DNA of 64,000 nucleotides from Myxococcales bacterium (GCA_047601445.1 JASGJH010000001.1:384001-448000), one strand, 5' to 3'. Positions 43,901 to 57,306 are shown, counted from the first letter of the stretch. Notes: generated from the letters alone by a model not told the origin. Program-made: numbers and translations.

Positions 43901-45707
43901 GGGCCACCTGCTGGAGGAGACCCGGCCCGAGCAAGCGGTGGAGATCTACCGCGAGGGCTTGGCGCTCTTGCCCGACAGCTACGACCTGATGCGCGCCACC
44001 CTGTCGATGCTCGATCCGGAGCGCGATGCCGTGGAACGCGCGAACCTGCTCGAGCGTTACCTGTCCGGCGACGGGCGCGAGGACGAGCATGCCCTCGGTG
44101 CGGCGCTGTGGCTGCTCGAATATCAGACGCAAACCGGAGACGAAGCGGCCTTCGAGCGCGCCCTTGCCATCGCGTACCGCGTTTCGCCTGGTCACGACGA
44201 GATCCGTTCGCGCCTCGAGCAGTGGTACCGCCAGCGCAACGACTTTGCGAACCTGGCCTTGATGCTCGAGCAAGAGGCCGGTCGCGCCGAAGATCCGAAC
44301 CGCGCCTTCGCGCTTCTGGTGGAGGTGGCGGACATCCGTCTGCACAAGCTCGCGCAACCTTCGGAAGCGGCGGCCTTGCTCCGCCGCGCACGTGCCTACT
44401 CCCCGAACGACTTCGAGCTCCTCAAGCGCGCCGTGCTGGCCAGCGCAGCCTCCGGCGAGCTCGGACCGGCCCTCGCCGAGATCGATCAGGCGCTCGAGGA
44501 GCGCTCGCGCAAGAAGAGCGAGCGCGTCGAGCTACTGCTTCTGCGTGCCGAAGTGGCGGGCGCCGCCGGCATGCACGACGAGGCCGTGGAGGCCCTCGAC
44601 AAGGCCCACCAGTACGCTGGCCAGGCCGTACTCGGGCACCTGATGACGGGCCTCGAGCAGGCGCGCTTGGGCTCTCAGGCCAGCGCCAACGTGCACCGCG
44701 AGCGCGAGCTCACGCTGCGCCTGGTGGACCTGCAGAGCCAAGCCGGCGCCGTGGCGGAAGCGAGCGAGTTGCTCATCGCGTGGGTGGCCCGTGCCCCGCG
44801 CGACGTCGAAGCGCTACGCATCCTGATCGAGCTATTGGGCAGCGCCGAGCGCTGGACTGCGGTGATCGGCGTGGCCGAGTCGCTGCTGCGCGAGGACGAG
44901 CCCGAGGTGCTGCCCGCCGTGTCGGAGCGCCTGGTGATCGCCGCGCGCGCCCTGGGACGCCCCGAACTGGCCCGCAAGGGTCTCGAGCGGGCGCTCGAGC
45001 GTGCACCCGAGCAGCTGCAGCTGGTGGACCTGCTCTCCGAGCTGTACGCCGAATTGAGCGAGAAGCAGGCCCTGGCGGAGCTCATGCTGCGCTACCTGTC
45101 GCCGCAGGATCCCGCCGAGAAGCGCTTCGAACAGCTGCGCCGCATCGGCCAACTCTTGCTCGATGCGGGCGACTCCGAGCGCGCCCTCGCTGCCCTCACT
45201 CAGGCCTGGGAGCTCAAGCCCGACGACATGGTGACGGTGCTCTTCATTGCCGACGCCCAGATCGCCGCGCGCCGCTTCCAGGAGGCCCAAGACCTGCTCG
45301 AGAAGGCCATGAACGCCTGCAAGAGCCGACGCTCCCCCGAGCTCGCGCAGCTGCGCTACCGCATGGCGAAGCTGAGCTCCGCCGCAGGCGACTCCCAGGC
45401 ACGCCTCGAGTGGCTCAACAGCGCGCTCGAAGCCGACATGAACAACGGCGATGTGGCGAGCGAGCTGGCCGTGGTCGCGCAGAACATGAACGACCTCGAC
45501 ACGGCGCTCAAGGCCTTGCGCGCCATCACGATGCTCAAGACGGACGCGCCGATGACGCGCGCCGAGGCGTTCTATCGGCAGGCCGTGATCGTGGCGCAGA
45601 AGGGCGAGCCGCGGCGCGCCGTGCTGTGGGCCAAGAAGGCGAAGGCAGAGAACGCCAACTTCCCAGGCGTGGACGCGCTGCTGGCCGAACTTGGCGAGGC
45701 TTCCTGA
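37998..45707 (+). CDS. Giant TPR-solenoid protein (about 2570 aa)
   Basis: Uninterrupted ORF of TPR-like helical repeats (DP.D..AL..L..LY, W..L...L). No signal peptide or catalytic motif seen. Confidence 0.9.
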   Translation: MTNHHKETGFSSLLADVRKRPDDLAGWDELEAYAASEQTPEPVAEAYAEILARDLPLAVAKRLGEHALRFCEEWFADETPLMQAVLLRVFDRDPADEAVFDRLSMGLTATGSWERLLEVYEKAVDATDSLERRIQLLDDAVRVAKDLAHDTDRAIVFMKRLVPLRPSDNALRSALERLLERGERWRELIALWDSGTQGASPETAARIKVQIASCWLDRLKNAPAALEVLRKVLENGPGHVDALALSERLLGSEDASTGTRREVLDLLRKTFLRGNRPLDVARVVRASLSFAQGQEREQLHREAAKLWLEQGAGSEALSDLGELFVLRPEDEQLASESAELSSKLGEQGRWVGYLERAAQHTSQPVRAAQLRLRAATLAHDPVGDTERAIALCERVFLDDAESGLALDAGRALDALLEANGRHAARLSVLERLARLETDVERRREVLGALARLASTQGAGARAVSTWLKRLEEDPQDREALDGLVELYEGSQDYRALVDVLRRRVALKEGAAGGRDLARIAEVHSEALDEIESALKAWGELHSVAPDLVAALHVGDLLQRAATREGTRTARVLCALGDAYRVLLGEAERALFYYARALASDASLAAAQTGLGALLENDAVRAGAADALAGAYASTENSEGLLSLLPHRLFGASTPSERARLLRQAAMLEERKEQSARAFAHLCAALVEDPESSANDSDLRRLAQQEAGWQALADAALSASGKLAAESPRVAQLRALEGEIAERALDDSGRALEAYSSALRVSPTDTSLARTVVRVGAARGEYKLAFEVVLAAAQKADQVPDELLALIEAQVEGETAYRGLTRAAEESLESARLNAPVKRELATRIAGWQEKHCQDLEAAQSLLQKAYQLGAPHAETLRRLITVQRREPGQALFGSLMALAELSQEEFAALIEAQELARDVLRDGDLERRVLGLTFRRSATALLQGQKQVAGLSLEQLANGSALRIAELSGEAGDVKTQVQVLREASQLPIDSAFARELAERAAAIASARLGDATLAAALYQRALEQAPDSTELLAALAVEYDKLGRLEELLVLRRRELALTSSVARRLELRLDIARVMAEIEARGGRFGALRDNLRDAPGHEPSLLALEAALRERGALLDVHELFASQAAQLEGLGDSARAAQLWSSAARLSDQELGLPEKALFAYQRVCDLAENNDALDSLARIRLARNEHAQAVPWLARRLERMTGDERVGGVLRLARAYQQAADAGRAIDCLVRGVGEAPDASELRDLLSDLYRKTGRVGELAPLLAENALRATDKTQVLACAREAAELFCGPCGQPERAVAVLSRAVEMDPEDRTLKCLYADALVAAGRLPEAQAVLDGMIAAFGRRRSVERAEVHLRLSRVAQAAGNLEEALAQLDTASSMDRSHTGILRALGELSYDSGQLDRAERAYRALLMALKKPQPGVVPEVGVAEVLYQLHRIAAQLEQSEKAAELLESAVQTAVHSEDETARLKQLLAGRGDPALLLRVLELRLIQVSDPIAEAAARSDLADVLELVPERKAEALEERLRALSCAPDHDPLHRKALALAEAGGEVRKYAEAVRSLYERARRKEDLGLASDLALRAASVYEHALGDLTAAEAQYKVVREDAPGFVEAQFSLARVAGKLGHADEERAVLSRIVELPEDPAHANSKRSARYRLAELLIEAPSTRDEGFDVLVGLLKEMPDHARAGSILQAACSRDPKDVRALELLEQNARKSDEPGLLLDFVERHAKSQEPSLGLIREGAELALRIQENARAEALLRRAIKLAEKGEGLIEALWAPIALGRLRNQLNDVAGAIDWLERAMKASDSYEAFELGLEVGALAEGRGKDPERAIRIYEALRERDPADRRVWSALLALYKKGRNLDGALGVVRTTLEALIDPAERNALRMETAKLLLESNREDDGRTLLQEVLGEDPDNEEAALLLADLYERNGENEAMAELLGRKLESARERRSLSLVPISLRMGHLLEETRPEQAVEIYREGLALLPDSYDLMRATLSMLDPERDAVERANLLERYLSGDGREDEHALGAALWLLEYQTQTGDEAAFERALAIAYRVSPGHDEIRSRLEQWYRQRNDFANLALMLEQEAGRAEDPNRAFALLVEVADIRLHKLAQPSEAAALLRRARAYSPNDFELLKRAVLASAASGELGPALAEIDQALEERSRKKSERVELLLLRAEVAGAAGMHDEAVEALDKAHQYAGQAVLGHLMTGLEQARLGSQASANVHRERELTLRLVDLQSQAGAVAEASELLIAWVARAPRDVEALRILIELLGSAERWTAVIGVAESLLREDEPEVLPAVSERLVIAARALGRPELARKGLERALERAPEQLQLVDLLSELYAELSEKQALAELMLRYLSPQDPAEKRFEQLRRIGQLLLDAGDSERALAALTQAWELKPDDMVTVLFIADAQIAARRFQEAQDLLEKAMNACKSRRSPELAQLRYRMAKLSSAAGDSQARLEWLNSALEADMNNGDVASELAVVAQNMNDLDTALKALRAITMLKTDAPMTRAEAFYRQAVIVAQKGEPRRAVLWAKKAKAENANFPGVDALLAELGEAS

Positions 45708-45799
45708 GCTAGTTCGGGGAGCGCGTTCGGGCACGGGCGCGCTTCGCTGACGCGAAGCTGGCACGGGAACAGGGCGCTGACTTGGTCAGCGCCCTGTTG

Positions 45800-46639
45800 T
45801 CAATTCATGAGCGGGACGGCCTTGCGCGACTTGGCGAGCGCGGTCCGCACCTCGCTGGCGTCGCTGGCGTTCGGTCGCTTGAGCAAGTAGTGCGCGAGGT
45901 CGCTCGAGGCGACCTGGTTTGCGCCCAGCTTGAGCGCGAGCATGCCGCGGTCGCGCCGCAGCTCAGGCGAACCGGTGAGCTCCACGAGCCGATCGGTGAC
46001 CAGCAAGGCGCTCGGGAAATTGCGCTGGCTCTCATGGATGCGCTTGAGGTTGGTGAGCATGCGCTGCGCCACCTCGGACACGCCCACGGGTGCCAGGTAC
46101 TCCGGCTTCATCACGCTCTGCGGGCCCAGGCTCTTGTTCAAGAGCGCCGAGAGCTCATCGCCCTGGATCAAGCGGCCCTCGAAGGCATCCACCAGCACGC
46201 CGGTCGGCGCGCCCACGCGCACCAAAAAGTGCCCTGGGAAGCCGATCGGCAGCACCGGAACACCGAGCCTGCGCGCCACGGCCATGTACACCACCGACAG
46301 GCTGATCGGGATCCCCAGGCGTCGCTTGAGCACGCTGTCGAGGTAGCTGTTGTCGGCTTCCTCGTAGCTTTGCCGATTGCCCTGGAAGCGGTTTTCGATC
46401 GCGAGGTGGTGCACCAGCGCGCTGGCCTGTTCGTGCGCATCCAGCGCCTCGAAGCCCTCCACCTGGAAGCTCTCCGCCAGTGCGTCGAGCTCGGCGAGGA
46501 CCTGCTGCGGCGAAAGCTGCGGGTGCGCGTCGCGCGCGATCCAAATCGCGACGTGCTCGACCTGTACGCCCCGCTGCTTGACCAGTTCGCCAAGGTTGCG
46601 GCAGCTGAAGAAGTCGTGCGCGGAGTCCGCGATGGTCAT
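45800..46639 (-). CDS. SirB1-like protein (transglutaminase-like core + TPR)
   Basis: FQGNRQSY...NSYLDSVLKRRLGIPISLSVVY...IGFPGHFLV...RMLTNLK...RDRG. Confidence 0.92.
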   Translation of the reverse strand: MTIADSAHDFFSCRNLGELVKQRGVQVEHVAIWIARDAHPQLSPQQVLAELDALAESFQVEGFEALDAHEQASALVHHLAIENRFQGNRQSYEEADNSYLDSVLKRRLGIPISLSVVYMAVARRLGVPVLPIGFPGHFLVRVGAPTGVLVDAFEGRLIQGDELSALLNKSLGPQSVMKPEYLAPVGVSEVAQRMLTNLKRIHESQRNFPSALLVTDRLVELTGSPELRRDRGMLALKLGANQVASSDLAHYLLKRPNASDASEVRTALAKSRKAVPLMN

Positions 46640-47586
46640 CCGGTGAACTCGTGCTCGGCCCAGGAACCGAGGCTTGGGATGGATTCACCCACCTGGGTGG
46701 GCATGATGCACCAGCGAAGCACGTGCTCACCCAGCGGCACGTGGAAGGTATCGCGATCCTTGTTCACTCTGATCACCGGCGGAGGACTGACGAGTGTTTC
46801 CTCGTCTGCTTCACACACGCCCCACTCGACCTCTTGTTTCCAGGTCGTAATGGCGGCCACCGCAATCAGGTCGCACAGCGCCTGGAACACGATGGGATCG
46901 ATCCAGCGAATGACGAAGGGCGTCTGGTGGAGGATCAGCGACTCGAGGCGCTCGATGCCTCCTCGGGTGGGCGCCACGCCCCGAAAGCCCTGCGCGTCCA
47001 ACCAGCTACACAGCTCGCGCGCCAGCGCACCTGGCTCGGCGCCGAAGGGCCCCTCGGTGCGCTCGAGCAAGGCCTCCGCGAGCGGTCCACACAGGGCCTG
47101 CTCGGAGGCTACGACCCGCGCGGTGTAGCGCGCGAGGGGCTCGTCGGTGGCCAGACCGTCCACCAGTTGGCACTCGCGACGCAAGAGGCCCAGGGTGCGA
47201 CGCACCTCGTTGCCTTCGATGGGCGCCGAAGAGAGGCCGAACGTGCTCAGCGCCGGCGCAGGATCGAAGGGCTGCTGGGCGAACGCGTAGAGCTCTAGTC
47301 CGCGCAGCGCGGCGGTGCGCTCACGCAGCTCCTCCACCGGGCGCGACAGCTCGGACAACAGCGAGGCTTCCACCAGAGGCTTCAACGCGGCGTGATAGGT
47401 CTTGAGGTTGGCGGCCGGCGCAAAGGACGCCATCACCAGGTTGCGCGAGCCGTCGTCGCGCTCCGCCTCGAGGATACGCGGGTGTACGGGCAGGGCTGGC
47501 CAGCGCTCGCTCTTGCGCCTGAGGCCCGGCACCAGTTCATCCAAGGGGCCGGGCATGAAGCCTTGGGTCTCTTCGTCGCCGATCAT
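46636..47586 (-). CDS. Hypothetical protein
   Basis: 316 aa, GC3-rich; ATGA overlap with the SirB1-like gene. Confidence 0.8.
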   Translation of the reverse strand: MIGDEETQGFMPGPLDELVPGLRRKSERWPALPVHPRILEAERDDGSRNLVMASFAPAANLKTYHAALKPLVEASLLSELSRPVEELRERTAALRGLELYAFAQQPFDPAPALSTFGLSSAPIEGNEVRRTLGLLRRECQLVDGLATDEPLARYTARVVASEQALCGPLAEALLERTEGPFGAEPGALARELCSWLDAQGFRGVAPTRGGIERLESLILHQTPFVIRWIDPIVFQALCDLIAVAAITTWKQEVEWGVCEADEETLVSPPPVIRVNKDRDTFHVPLGEHVLRWCIMPTQVGESIPSLGSWAEHEFTG

Positions 47587-47766
47587 GGTGATTTCCAGGG
47601 TGTAGCACGGAGTTTCGGGCCATTGCGCGGGCCCCGAGCTGACTCGTTCACGGGAAGCTTTGACCGGTCGTTTGCGGCGCGGCGCCGGGCGAGTTGACAG
47701 TGCTCGCGCGTGGCTCCGCAGGGGTGACCAAGGCTAGGTCAGGGGCCCACCGTCGACGTCGAGCGG

Positions 47767-48615
47767 CTACGGCGCGCCGTCCCCAGCTTCGGGTTCGTCC
47801 GGGTCGGCTTCCGTCGCTTCAGAGGTGCTCGGAGTTACATGCCCAGGATGGTGTTTGCGTGGGTGGCAAACGATGGCCTTGGGGCGGCGCTTGGCGTCGG
47901 GCCACGTAGTGCGCGCTATCCGCATCGTGGAGCCGTCCCGGTGGCGTACCCCCGGCCGAAAAAGCCCCGCTGGGTCGCAGTTCTGGCCCGCATGAAGGAA
48001 TTCGAAGTGCACGTGAGGGCCCTTGCTGCGGCCGGTGCTGCCCAACTCGGCGATCACCTGTCCGCGTTCCACGCGCTGTCCGGGCACGACCCGGTTCTTC
48101 GAGTTGTGTGCATAGGCGGTCACGAAACCGCCAGTGTGGATGAGAATCACCAGGTTGCCGTAGCCGGACAACTCGTTGCCGGCGTAGCCCACCAGGCCCG
48201 GCGCCGCCGCGCGCACGTTCGAGCCGATCTCACCGCCGATGTCCATCGCTTGATGGTAGCCGCCTGCGCCCGAACCGAAGCCGCGCACGAACCAGCCCTT
48301 GGCTACGGGGAACTTCAGGGTCGTGGGCGCTTTGTCGCTGCCGACACTGCGGAGCCAGTTTTCGGAGACGCGCCCGGCCAGCAGCTCGCCCGCCGCGCGA
48401 CGCGTGCCGAGCCCCAGGCGCTCTGCGCGCTGACGCGCCGGGGTGTCCCGAGGCGGCGAGCTGGCCTTGCGGCTCGCCCTGGGCTTACGCGAGTCGCTGG
48501 CGGCCGCCTCGAGCTTGCTCCGTTTGGGAGCTGCGAACGTGCGACCGTTCCACGCGAAGCTCAGCCACGCCGCGAGGACGAGGATCCCGATTCGTTCGCG
48601 ACGAAGAGCTCGCAC
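47767..48615 (-). CDS. M23 family metallopeptidase (exported)
   Basis: HQAMD, YGNLV, YAH and STGRSKGPHVHFE. Start uncertain. Confidence 0.9.
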   Translation of the reverse strand: MRALRRERIGILVLAAWLSFAWNGRTFAAPKRSKLEAAASDSRKPRASRKASSPPRDTPARQRAERLGLGTRRAAGELLAGRVSENWLRSVGSDKAPTTLKFPVAKGWFVRGFGSGAGGYHQAMDIGGEIGSNVRAAAPGLVGYAGNELSGYGNLVILIHTGGFVTAYAHNSKNRVVPGQRVERGQVIAELGSTGRSKGPHVHFEFLHAGQNCDPAGLFRPGVRHRDGSTMRIARTTWPDAKRRPKAIVCHPRKHHPGHVTPSTSEATEADPDEPEAGDGAP

Positions 48616-48700
48616 CGGCCCATGCGTTAGCACGCCGCGCGCGCCCGCGAGAGAAAGCCTACTTGCGCGCGAGCAGAGTCGCGGGCACTCCTTGAACGGT

Positions 48701-49492
48701 ATGGTCTCGGTGGCGCTCACGATCGCTGGTTCCGATCCGTCTGGAGGCGCGGGCATTCAGGCCGATCTGAAGACGTTCCAGCTCCACGGGGTTTACGGCG
48801 AAGCCGTCATCTCGCTGCACACGGTGCAAAACACCCTGGGCGTGTCGCGCGTCGAAGCCGTCGACCCTGCGTTGATCGCGGAGCAACTGGCGAGCTTGTG
48901 GGCCGATCTCCCGCCTCAGGCCGTGAAGACGGGGGCGCTCGGCGACCTCCGATGTGTCCGCGTGATCGCGTCGAGCCTGGCGACCTTGTCGGTGCCTCTG
49001 GTCGTGGATCCCATCCTGCGCGCGAGCTCGGGGGCGGCCTTCTCGCGTGAAGACTTGGTGCGCACCTACCTCGAACACCTGGTGCCGCACGCACATCTCC
49101 TCACGCCCAATACGGTCGAGGCCGAGGCGCTCACCGGGGTCAGCGTGACGGACCTGGAGAGCGCAGCGCGCGCCGCCGCGGCGCTGCGATCCTACGGCGC
49201 GCAGAACGTGCTCCTGAAAGGCGGTCATCTGCCGGGAGAGCCGGTCGATCTGCTGCTTTGTGAGGGCGGGAGTCAGCTGCTCTTGCCCGCGCCGCGTGTC
49301 GACACACCGCACACGCATGGCACCGGTTGTACCTATTCGGCGGCGATCACCGCGCGGCTCGCACGCGGCGAGCGGCTCGAGCGCGCCGTGCAGCGCTCCA
49401 AGGAGTGGCTAGCCCGGGTCATCGCCCAGCCGCTCGGGCTCGGGCACGGGCGTGGGCCGCTGAACCATTTCGTCCCGCCGGAGCTCGACTGA
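48701..49492 (+). CDS. thiD: Hydroxymethylpyrimidine/phosphomethylpyrimidine kinase
   Basis: Motifs LTIAGSDPSGGAGIQADLKT, KTG, VVDP, TPN, KGGH and HGTGC. Confidence 0.96.
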   Translation: MVSVALTIAGSDPSGGAGIQADLKTFQLHGVYGEAVISLHTVQNTLGVSRVEAVDPALIAEQLASLWADLPPQAVKTGALGDLRCVRVIASSLATLSVPLVVDPILRASSGAAFSREDLVRTYLEHLVPHAHLLTPNTVEAEALTGVSVTDLESAARAAAALRSYGAQNVLLKGGHLPGEPVDLLLCEGGSQLLLPAPRVDTPHTHGTGCTYSAAITARLARGERLERAVQRSKEWLARVIAQPLGLGHGRGPLNHFVPPELD

Positions 49493-49617
49493 GCACCCCG
49501 CGTCGGTGTGGCAGACGCGATCACAGCGACCGACCAAAGCGCTCGTTAGGGCCCGACTGAATGCGGTTCAAGCGGGGGTCCGTGATAAGTTTTTGCAGGT
49601 AATTCCAGGGGCGGGGA

Positions 49618-51099
49618 GTGGTGCGCCGGCTGCAGGCCAATCAGGGTACGAGCGACACCGAGTTGGTGCTCGACAACAAGTTTCGCGTGCTCGAGGTGCG
49701 CAGCGAGAGCGCCGAGCTGCGAGTCTGCGCAGGGCTCCACCTCCAGACCGAGCGCCAGGTCGAGCTGCACATGTTGCCAGCGGGACTCGCGGCCAGCGGA
49801 CCCGAAGCCGAACGCCTGGTGAGAGCCGCGCGTGCTTCGGGACGCGCCCCCCACGTCAATATGCTCAACGTGCTCGATTCGGGCACCGACGCCGACGGCC
49901 GCCCGTTCGTGGTCTACGAGCGCTTCGAGGGCACGCCTGCCGACGAGCTGATCCGTCTCTCGGGGCCGTTTCGCTTGCGCGAGGTAGGGCACATCATGGG
50001 GCAGATCCTGCTCGCCCTGGAGACCCTGCATGCGCGCGGCGTGGTCCATCGCTTCCTGCGCCCCGATCGTCTGCTGATCGAGCGACGCGATGGCGCGGCG
50101 CCGCGGGTCAAGTTGAGTGGGCTGCACTACGCCATCTGGAACGCCAAAGCCGCTGGCAAGGAGCCGGCGACCGCGCCCGAGCTGCCGCGTGGTTTCTCGC
50201 GCTTCTTGGCCCCCGAGGTGCGGCGCGGCGAAGCCAGCACCACACCGGCCATCGACATCTACGCGGCGGGCGTGCTGATGCGCTTCCTACTTACGGGCGA
50301 CAGCGACCCGAACAGCGAGCTCGATGCGACCGCGGCGCGCGCGATCGAGCACGCCACGGCCGACGATCCCGACGAGCGCTTCTTGACGGCCGAGACGTTC
50401 GCCTCCGCCGTCGCGCAGCTGGTGCCCGAAGAAGAACGTCTCAGCATCCCGCCTGCCGATCCACTGGCGGCCGACCTCAAGTACATGCACCGTCGGCGCG
50501 CAAAGGAGAGCGGTGTCGTCGCCACGCCCAACGGCGAGGGCCGGTTGGAGCTGCACCCCGTGCTGCTGATGGTGGAGGCGCTCTACGCGCGCTTCGGTGC
50601 GCAGGGCTGGCCAGGCTTGGTGAACGAGGTCCCCGACGTCGAGCAGCTGCTGCCCGCCGCGGGTCGCCGCGATTACTACCTCGAACAAGGCGTGCCGATG
50701 GATTTGGTAGCCCGCTTCTTGAGCGCCGCCGACAGGCTGCAGGGCACGGGGGATCTGCGCTCTCTGGCGGACCTGGGACAAGCGCTGGTGAAGCGCGGTC
50801 TGGGACGTTTCTGCAAGGAGCTCCCGCACCCGCTCACGGCCGACGGGTTGATCGACTGCGTGCCGGCGATCTGGTCGAGCCTTTCGCGTCACGGCGAGGT
50901 GGCCGTGCTGGAGCGTAAGCCGCAGGCGGCGCGCATCGCCGTGCGCGCGCAGGTGGAACCGAGCCTCGAGCTGTGCGCCGTGATGGCAGGGCTCTTGCGG
51001 GCGCAGCTGCGGGCGGTCGCCCAAGAAGCCGAGGTAAATACGGTGGCTAGCCAGTCCCTAGGCGACGCAGCGGACGTCTTCGTGTTGAGCTGGAGCTGA
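49618..51099 (+). CDS. Ser/Thr pseudokinase fused to a C-terminal V4R/H-NOX-like (DUF2378-like) domain
   Basis: Kinase fold (APE, DIYAAG) but VAIK is VELH, HRD is HRF, and DFG is absent (SGL). C-terminal ...W.....GE......CAVMAG......VFVLSW. Confidence 0.8.
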   Translation: MVRRLQANQGTSDTELVLDNKFRVLEVRSESAELRVCAGLHLQTERQVELHMLPAGLAASGPEAERLVRAARASGRAPHVNMLNVLDSGTDADGRPFVVYERFEGTPADELIRLSGPFRLREVGHIMGQILLALETLHARGVVHRFLRPDRLLIERRDGAAPRVKLSGLHYAIWNAKAAGKEPATAPELPRGFSRFLAPEVRRGEASTTPAIDIYAAGVLMRFLLTGDSDPNSELDATAARAIEHATADDPDERFLTAETFASAVAQLVPEEERLSIPPADPLAADLKYMHRRRAKESGVVATPNGEGRLELHPVLLMVEALYARFGAQGWPGLVNEVPDVEQLLPAAGRRDYYLEQGVPMDLVARFLSAADRLQGTGDLRSLADLGQALVKRGLGRFCKELPHPLTADGLIDCVPAIWSSLSRHGEVAVLERKPQAARIAVRAQVEPSLELCAVMAGLLRAQLRAVAQEAEVNTVASQSLGDAADVFVLSWS

Positions 51100-51106
51100 G
51101 CGCATC

Positions 51107-52603
<1,497 letters not shown>

Positions 52604-52996
52604 ACGGGGGTGGGCCTAATTCCTGCCCACGCCAGCATCGCGCCTTTCGGCCGCAGCGCGGCTTTCGTCCTCCGCCCGACCTTCCAGTCGAGCCTGCGGG
52701 CGCGCTCGCGTTGCGACGGAAATCCGCGCGCTGACGCGCACCGGAACGAGGGCCACCCCCCGCCCTGGACCGCCCCCAAGTGGCGGTTTTCACAGGGCTC
52801 GGGTGCGAAAAGGCGACCCTGTCTCGCCCCCCGAAACCTTGCGCGCCCCTCACGGGGGCTGTACACAGGGGGCCGGTCCTGGCCTGAACGAGAGTGCAGG
52901 CGAAGCGCGTGATCTCGCGCGCTTAGGACGCTCGGGGGCACGCGCTCGGCGTGCCGGCGAAGGGGTTTCGCACGCGCGAGCGTGTGAACGAGAGAG

Positions 52997-55384
52997 ATGG
53001 AAGCACGCGCCCTGCGTGCGAGCGAGAGTCGGGGAGAACCGTCGCAAATGGACGCCATTCTGGAAACGTCGCTGGCCCAAGAAACGCAGCGCCGCTACCT
53101 CAACTATGCACTCAGCGTCATCACGGCCCGTGCTTTGCCCGACGTGCGAGACGGTCTCAAGCCCGTTCAGCGGCGCATCCTCTACGCGATGCAGAACGAG
53201 CTGCACCTGCGCTACGACGCAAAGTACATCAAGTGCGCCCGCATCGTCGGCGACGTGATGGGTAAGTTCCATCCGCATGGTGACGCGTCGATCTACGACG
53301 CCCTCGTGCGCAAGGCGCAGGACTTCACCATGTCCGCGCCGCTGGTGGACGGCCGTGGCAACTTCGGCTCACCCGACGGCGACTCCGCGGCGGCCATGCG
53401 TTACACCGAGGCCCGGCTCTCCAAGCTGGCCAGCGAGCTGCTCAACGAGCTCGCCAAGAAGACGGTCAGCTTCCGCCCCAACTACGACGGCACGCGCTTC
53501 GAGCCCATCGTACTCCCGGCGCGCTTCCCGAACCTGCTGGTCAACGGCTGTCAGGGCATCGCCGTCGGCATGGCTACCTCGATCCCGCCTCACAACTTCA
53601 AGGAGGTCGTCGACGCCACGGTAGCCTTGATCGACAACCCCGACGGTGGACTGACCGAGGTGCTCAAGCACGTGCGCGGTCCGGACTTCCCCACCGGAGG
53701 CCAACTGCTGTCGAGCAAGCGCGAGCTGCGCGAGGTCTACGAGAACGGCCAGGGGTCGCTCAAGCTTCGCGCCGAGTACAAGCTCGAGGAGCCCAAGAAA
53801 AAGGGCAATCCGTCGCTCGTCGTCACGTCCATCCCGTACGCCGTCGAGCGCCGCTCCATCGTCGAGAAGATCGCCGAGGTGATCATCTCCAAGAAGCTGC
53901 CCGCGCTCCTCGACGTGCGCGACGAGAGCACCGACGTGTGCCGCATCGTCTGCGAGATCAAGGCCGGGACCGATCCGCAGCTCGTGATGGCCTACCTCTA
54001 CAAACACACGCCGCTCGCCACCAACGTGCAGGTCAATCTCACCTGCCTCGTGCCTGTGGCGGGTAGCGATGTGGCGGCCCCGCAGCGCCTCGACCTGGTG
54101 AGCATCCTGAAGCACTTCCTCGACTTCCGCATGGAGGTCGTGAAGAAGCGCCTCGAGTTCGACCTCGAGCAACTCAAGCGCCGCATCCACATCCTCGAGG
54201 GCTTCGAGAAGATCTTCGACGTCCTCGACGAGACCATCGTCATCATCCGCAAGAGCGACGGCAAGGAAGACGCCGCGCAGAAGTTGATGAAGCGCTTCGG
54301 CCTCGACGCCGAGCAGGTGGACGCCATCCTCGAGCTCAAGCTGTACCGCCTGGCCAAGCTCGAGATCCTGCTGATTCAGAAGGAGCTGGCCGAAAAGCGC
54401 GCCGAGGCCGACCGCACCGAGAAGTTGCTGAAGAGCGAGAAGGCCCGCTGGAACCTGATTCGAGCCGAGCTGCTCGAGCTGGCGAATGAGTACGGCCAGC
54501 GCAGGCGTACGCGCGTGCTCGCCAGCGTGGACGAGCCCGAATTCCAGGCCGAGGACTTCATCATCGAGGAAGACGCCATGGCCGTGCTCACGATGCAGGG
54601 CTGGATCAAGCGTCAGCGCGAGGTGAAAGACCTCGCCTCCACGCGTCTGCGCGAGGGCGACCGCGTGATCGACGTGGTGGCGGGCTCCACCAAGTCTTCG
54701 GTGGCGTTCTTCTCCAACCAGGGCTCCTGCTACGTGTGTCGCATGGTCGATATCCAGCAGGCCACCGGCTACGGCAACCCGGTGCAGACCTTGTTCAAGC
54801 TGGCCGATGGCGAGAAGATGATCCGCATGATCGGCTTCGATCCGCGGCTGCTCGAGGTGCCCGAGGCCCAGGAGAATGCCGAGCCGGAACCGCCGTTCGC
54901 GCTGGCGGTCACGCGTCAGGGCCAGTGCCTGCGCTTCTCGCTGCGTGCCCATCGCGAGCCGTCCACGCGCACCGGACGCAAGTACGCGAGGTTGGGCGAG
55001 GGCGACGAGGTCATCCACCTGGACGTCGCCGGCAAGGGAGACTTCGTGGCGGCTGCCAGCGTCGAGGGCTACGCGCTCATCTGCAAGGCCGAAGAGGTCG
55101 CGATCCTGGCCGGTGCCGGCAAGGGTGTCATGCTGATGAAGCTGGACGAAGGCGACGAGCTGGTCGGTGCCAAGGTGCTGCACGCCAAGAGCGAGCAGTT
55201 GAACTTGGTGAACGAAAAGGGCACCGAGTACGACGTGACCCTGCGCAAGTACAACGCGGTCTCGCGCGGCGGCAAGGGCCACCAGCTCTTGAAGCGCGGC
55301 AAGCTCGCATCCAAGATCCCCGACGAACCGGTCATCCCGGAGCTTCCCGAAGCACCTCGCAACAGCCGTCCTCCCAAGGCGTAA
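52997..55384 (+). CDS. parC: DNA topoisomerase IV subunit A (GyrA/ParC family)
   Basis: [26 protein letters not shown]. No GyrA-box at the start of the CTD. Start at 52997 or 53048. Confidence 0.88.
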   Translation: MEARALRASESRGEPSQMDAILETSLAQETQRRYLNYALSVITARALPDVRDGLKPVQRRILYAMQNELHLRYDAKYIKCARIVGDVMGKFHPHGDASIYDALVRKAQDFTMSAPLVDGRGNFGSPDGDSAAAMRYTEARLSKLASELLNELAKKTVSFRPNYDGTRFEPIVLPARFPNLLVNGCQGIAVGMATSIPPHNFKEVVDATVALIDNPDGGLTEVLKHVRGPDFPTGGQLLSSKRELREVYENGQGSLKLRAEYKLEEPKKKGNPSLVVTSIPYAVERRSIVEKIAEVIISKKLPALLDVRDESTDVCRIVCEIKAGTDPQLVMAYLYKHTPLATNVQVNLTCLVPVAGSDVAAPQRLDLVSILKHFLDFRMEVVKKRLEFDLEQLKRRIHILEGFEKIFDVLDETIVIIRKSDGKEDAAQKLMKRFGLDAEQVDAILELKLYRLAKLEILLIQKELAEKRAEADRTEKLLKSEKARWNLIRAELLELANEYGQRRRTRVLASVDEPEFQAEDFIIEEDAMAVLTMQGWIKRQREVKDLASTRLREGDRVIDVVAGSTKSSVAFFSNQGSCYVCRMVDIQQATGYGNPVQTLFKLADGEKMIRMIGFDPRLLEVPEAQENAEPEPPFALAVTRQGQCLRFSLRAHREPSTRTGRKYARLGEGDEVIHLDVAGKGDFVAAASVEGYALICKAEEVAILAGAGKGVMLMKLDEGDELVGAKVLHAKSEQLNLVNEKGTEYDVTLRKYNAVSRGGKGHQLLKRGKLASKIPDEPVIPELPEAPRNSRPPKA

Positions 55385-55395
55385 AGGACTGAGCG

Positions 55396-57306
<1,911 letters not shown>

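Noticed and set aside
48616..48700. TPP riboswitch upstream of thiD
   Set aside because: The divergent spacer is short and lacks the CTGAGA...CCTGA core.
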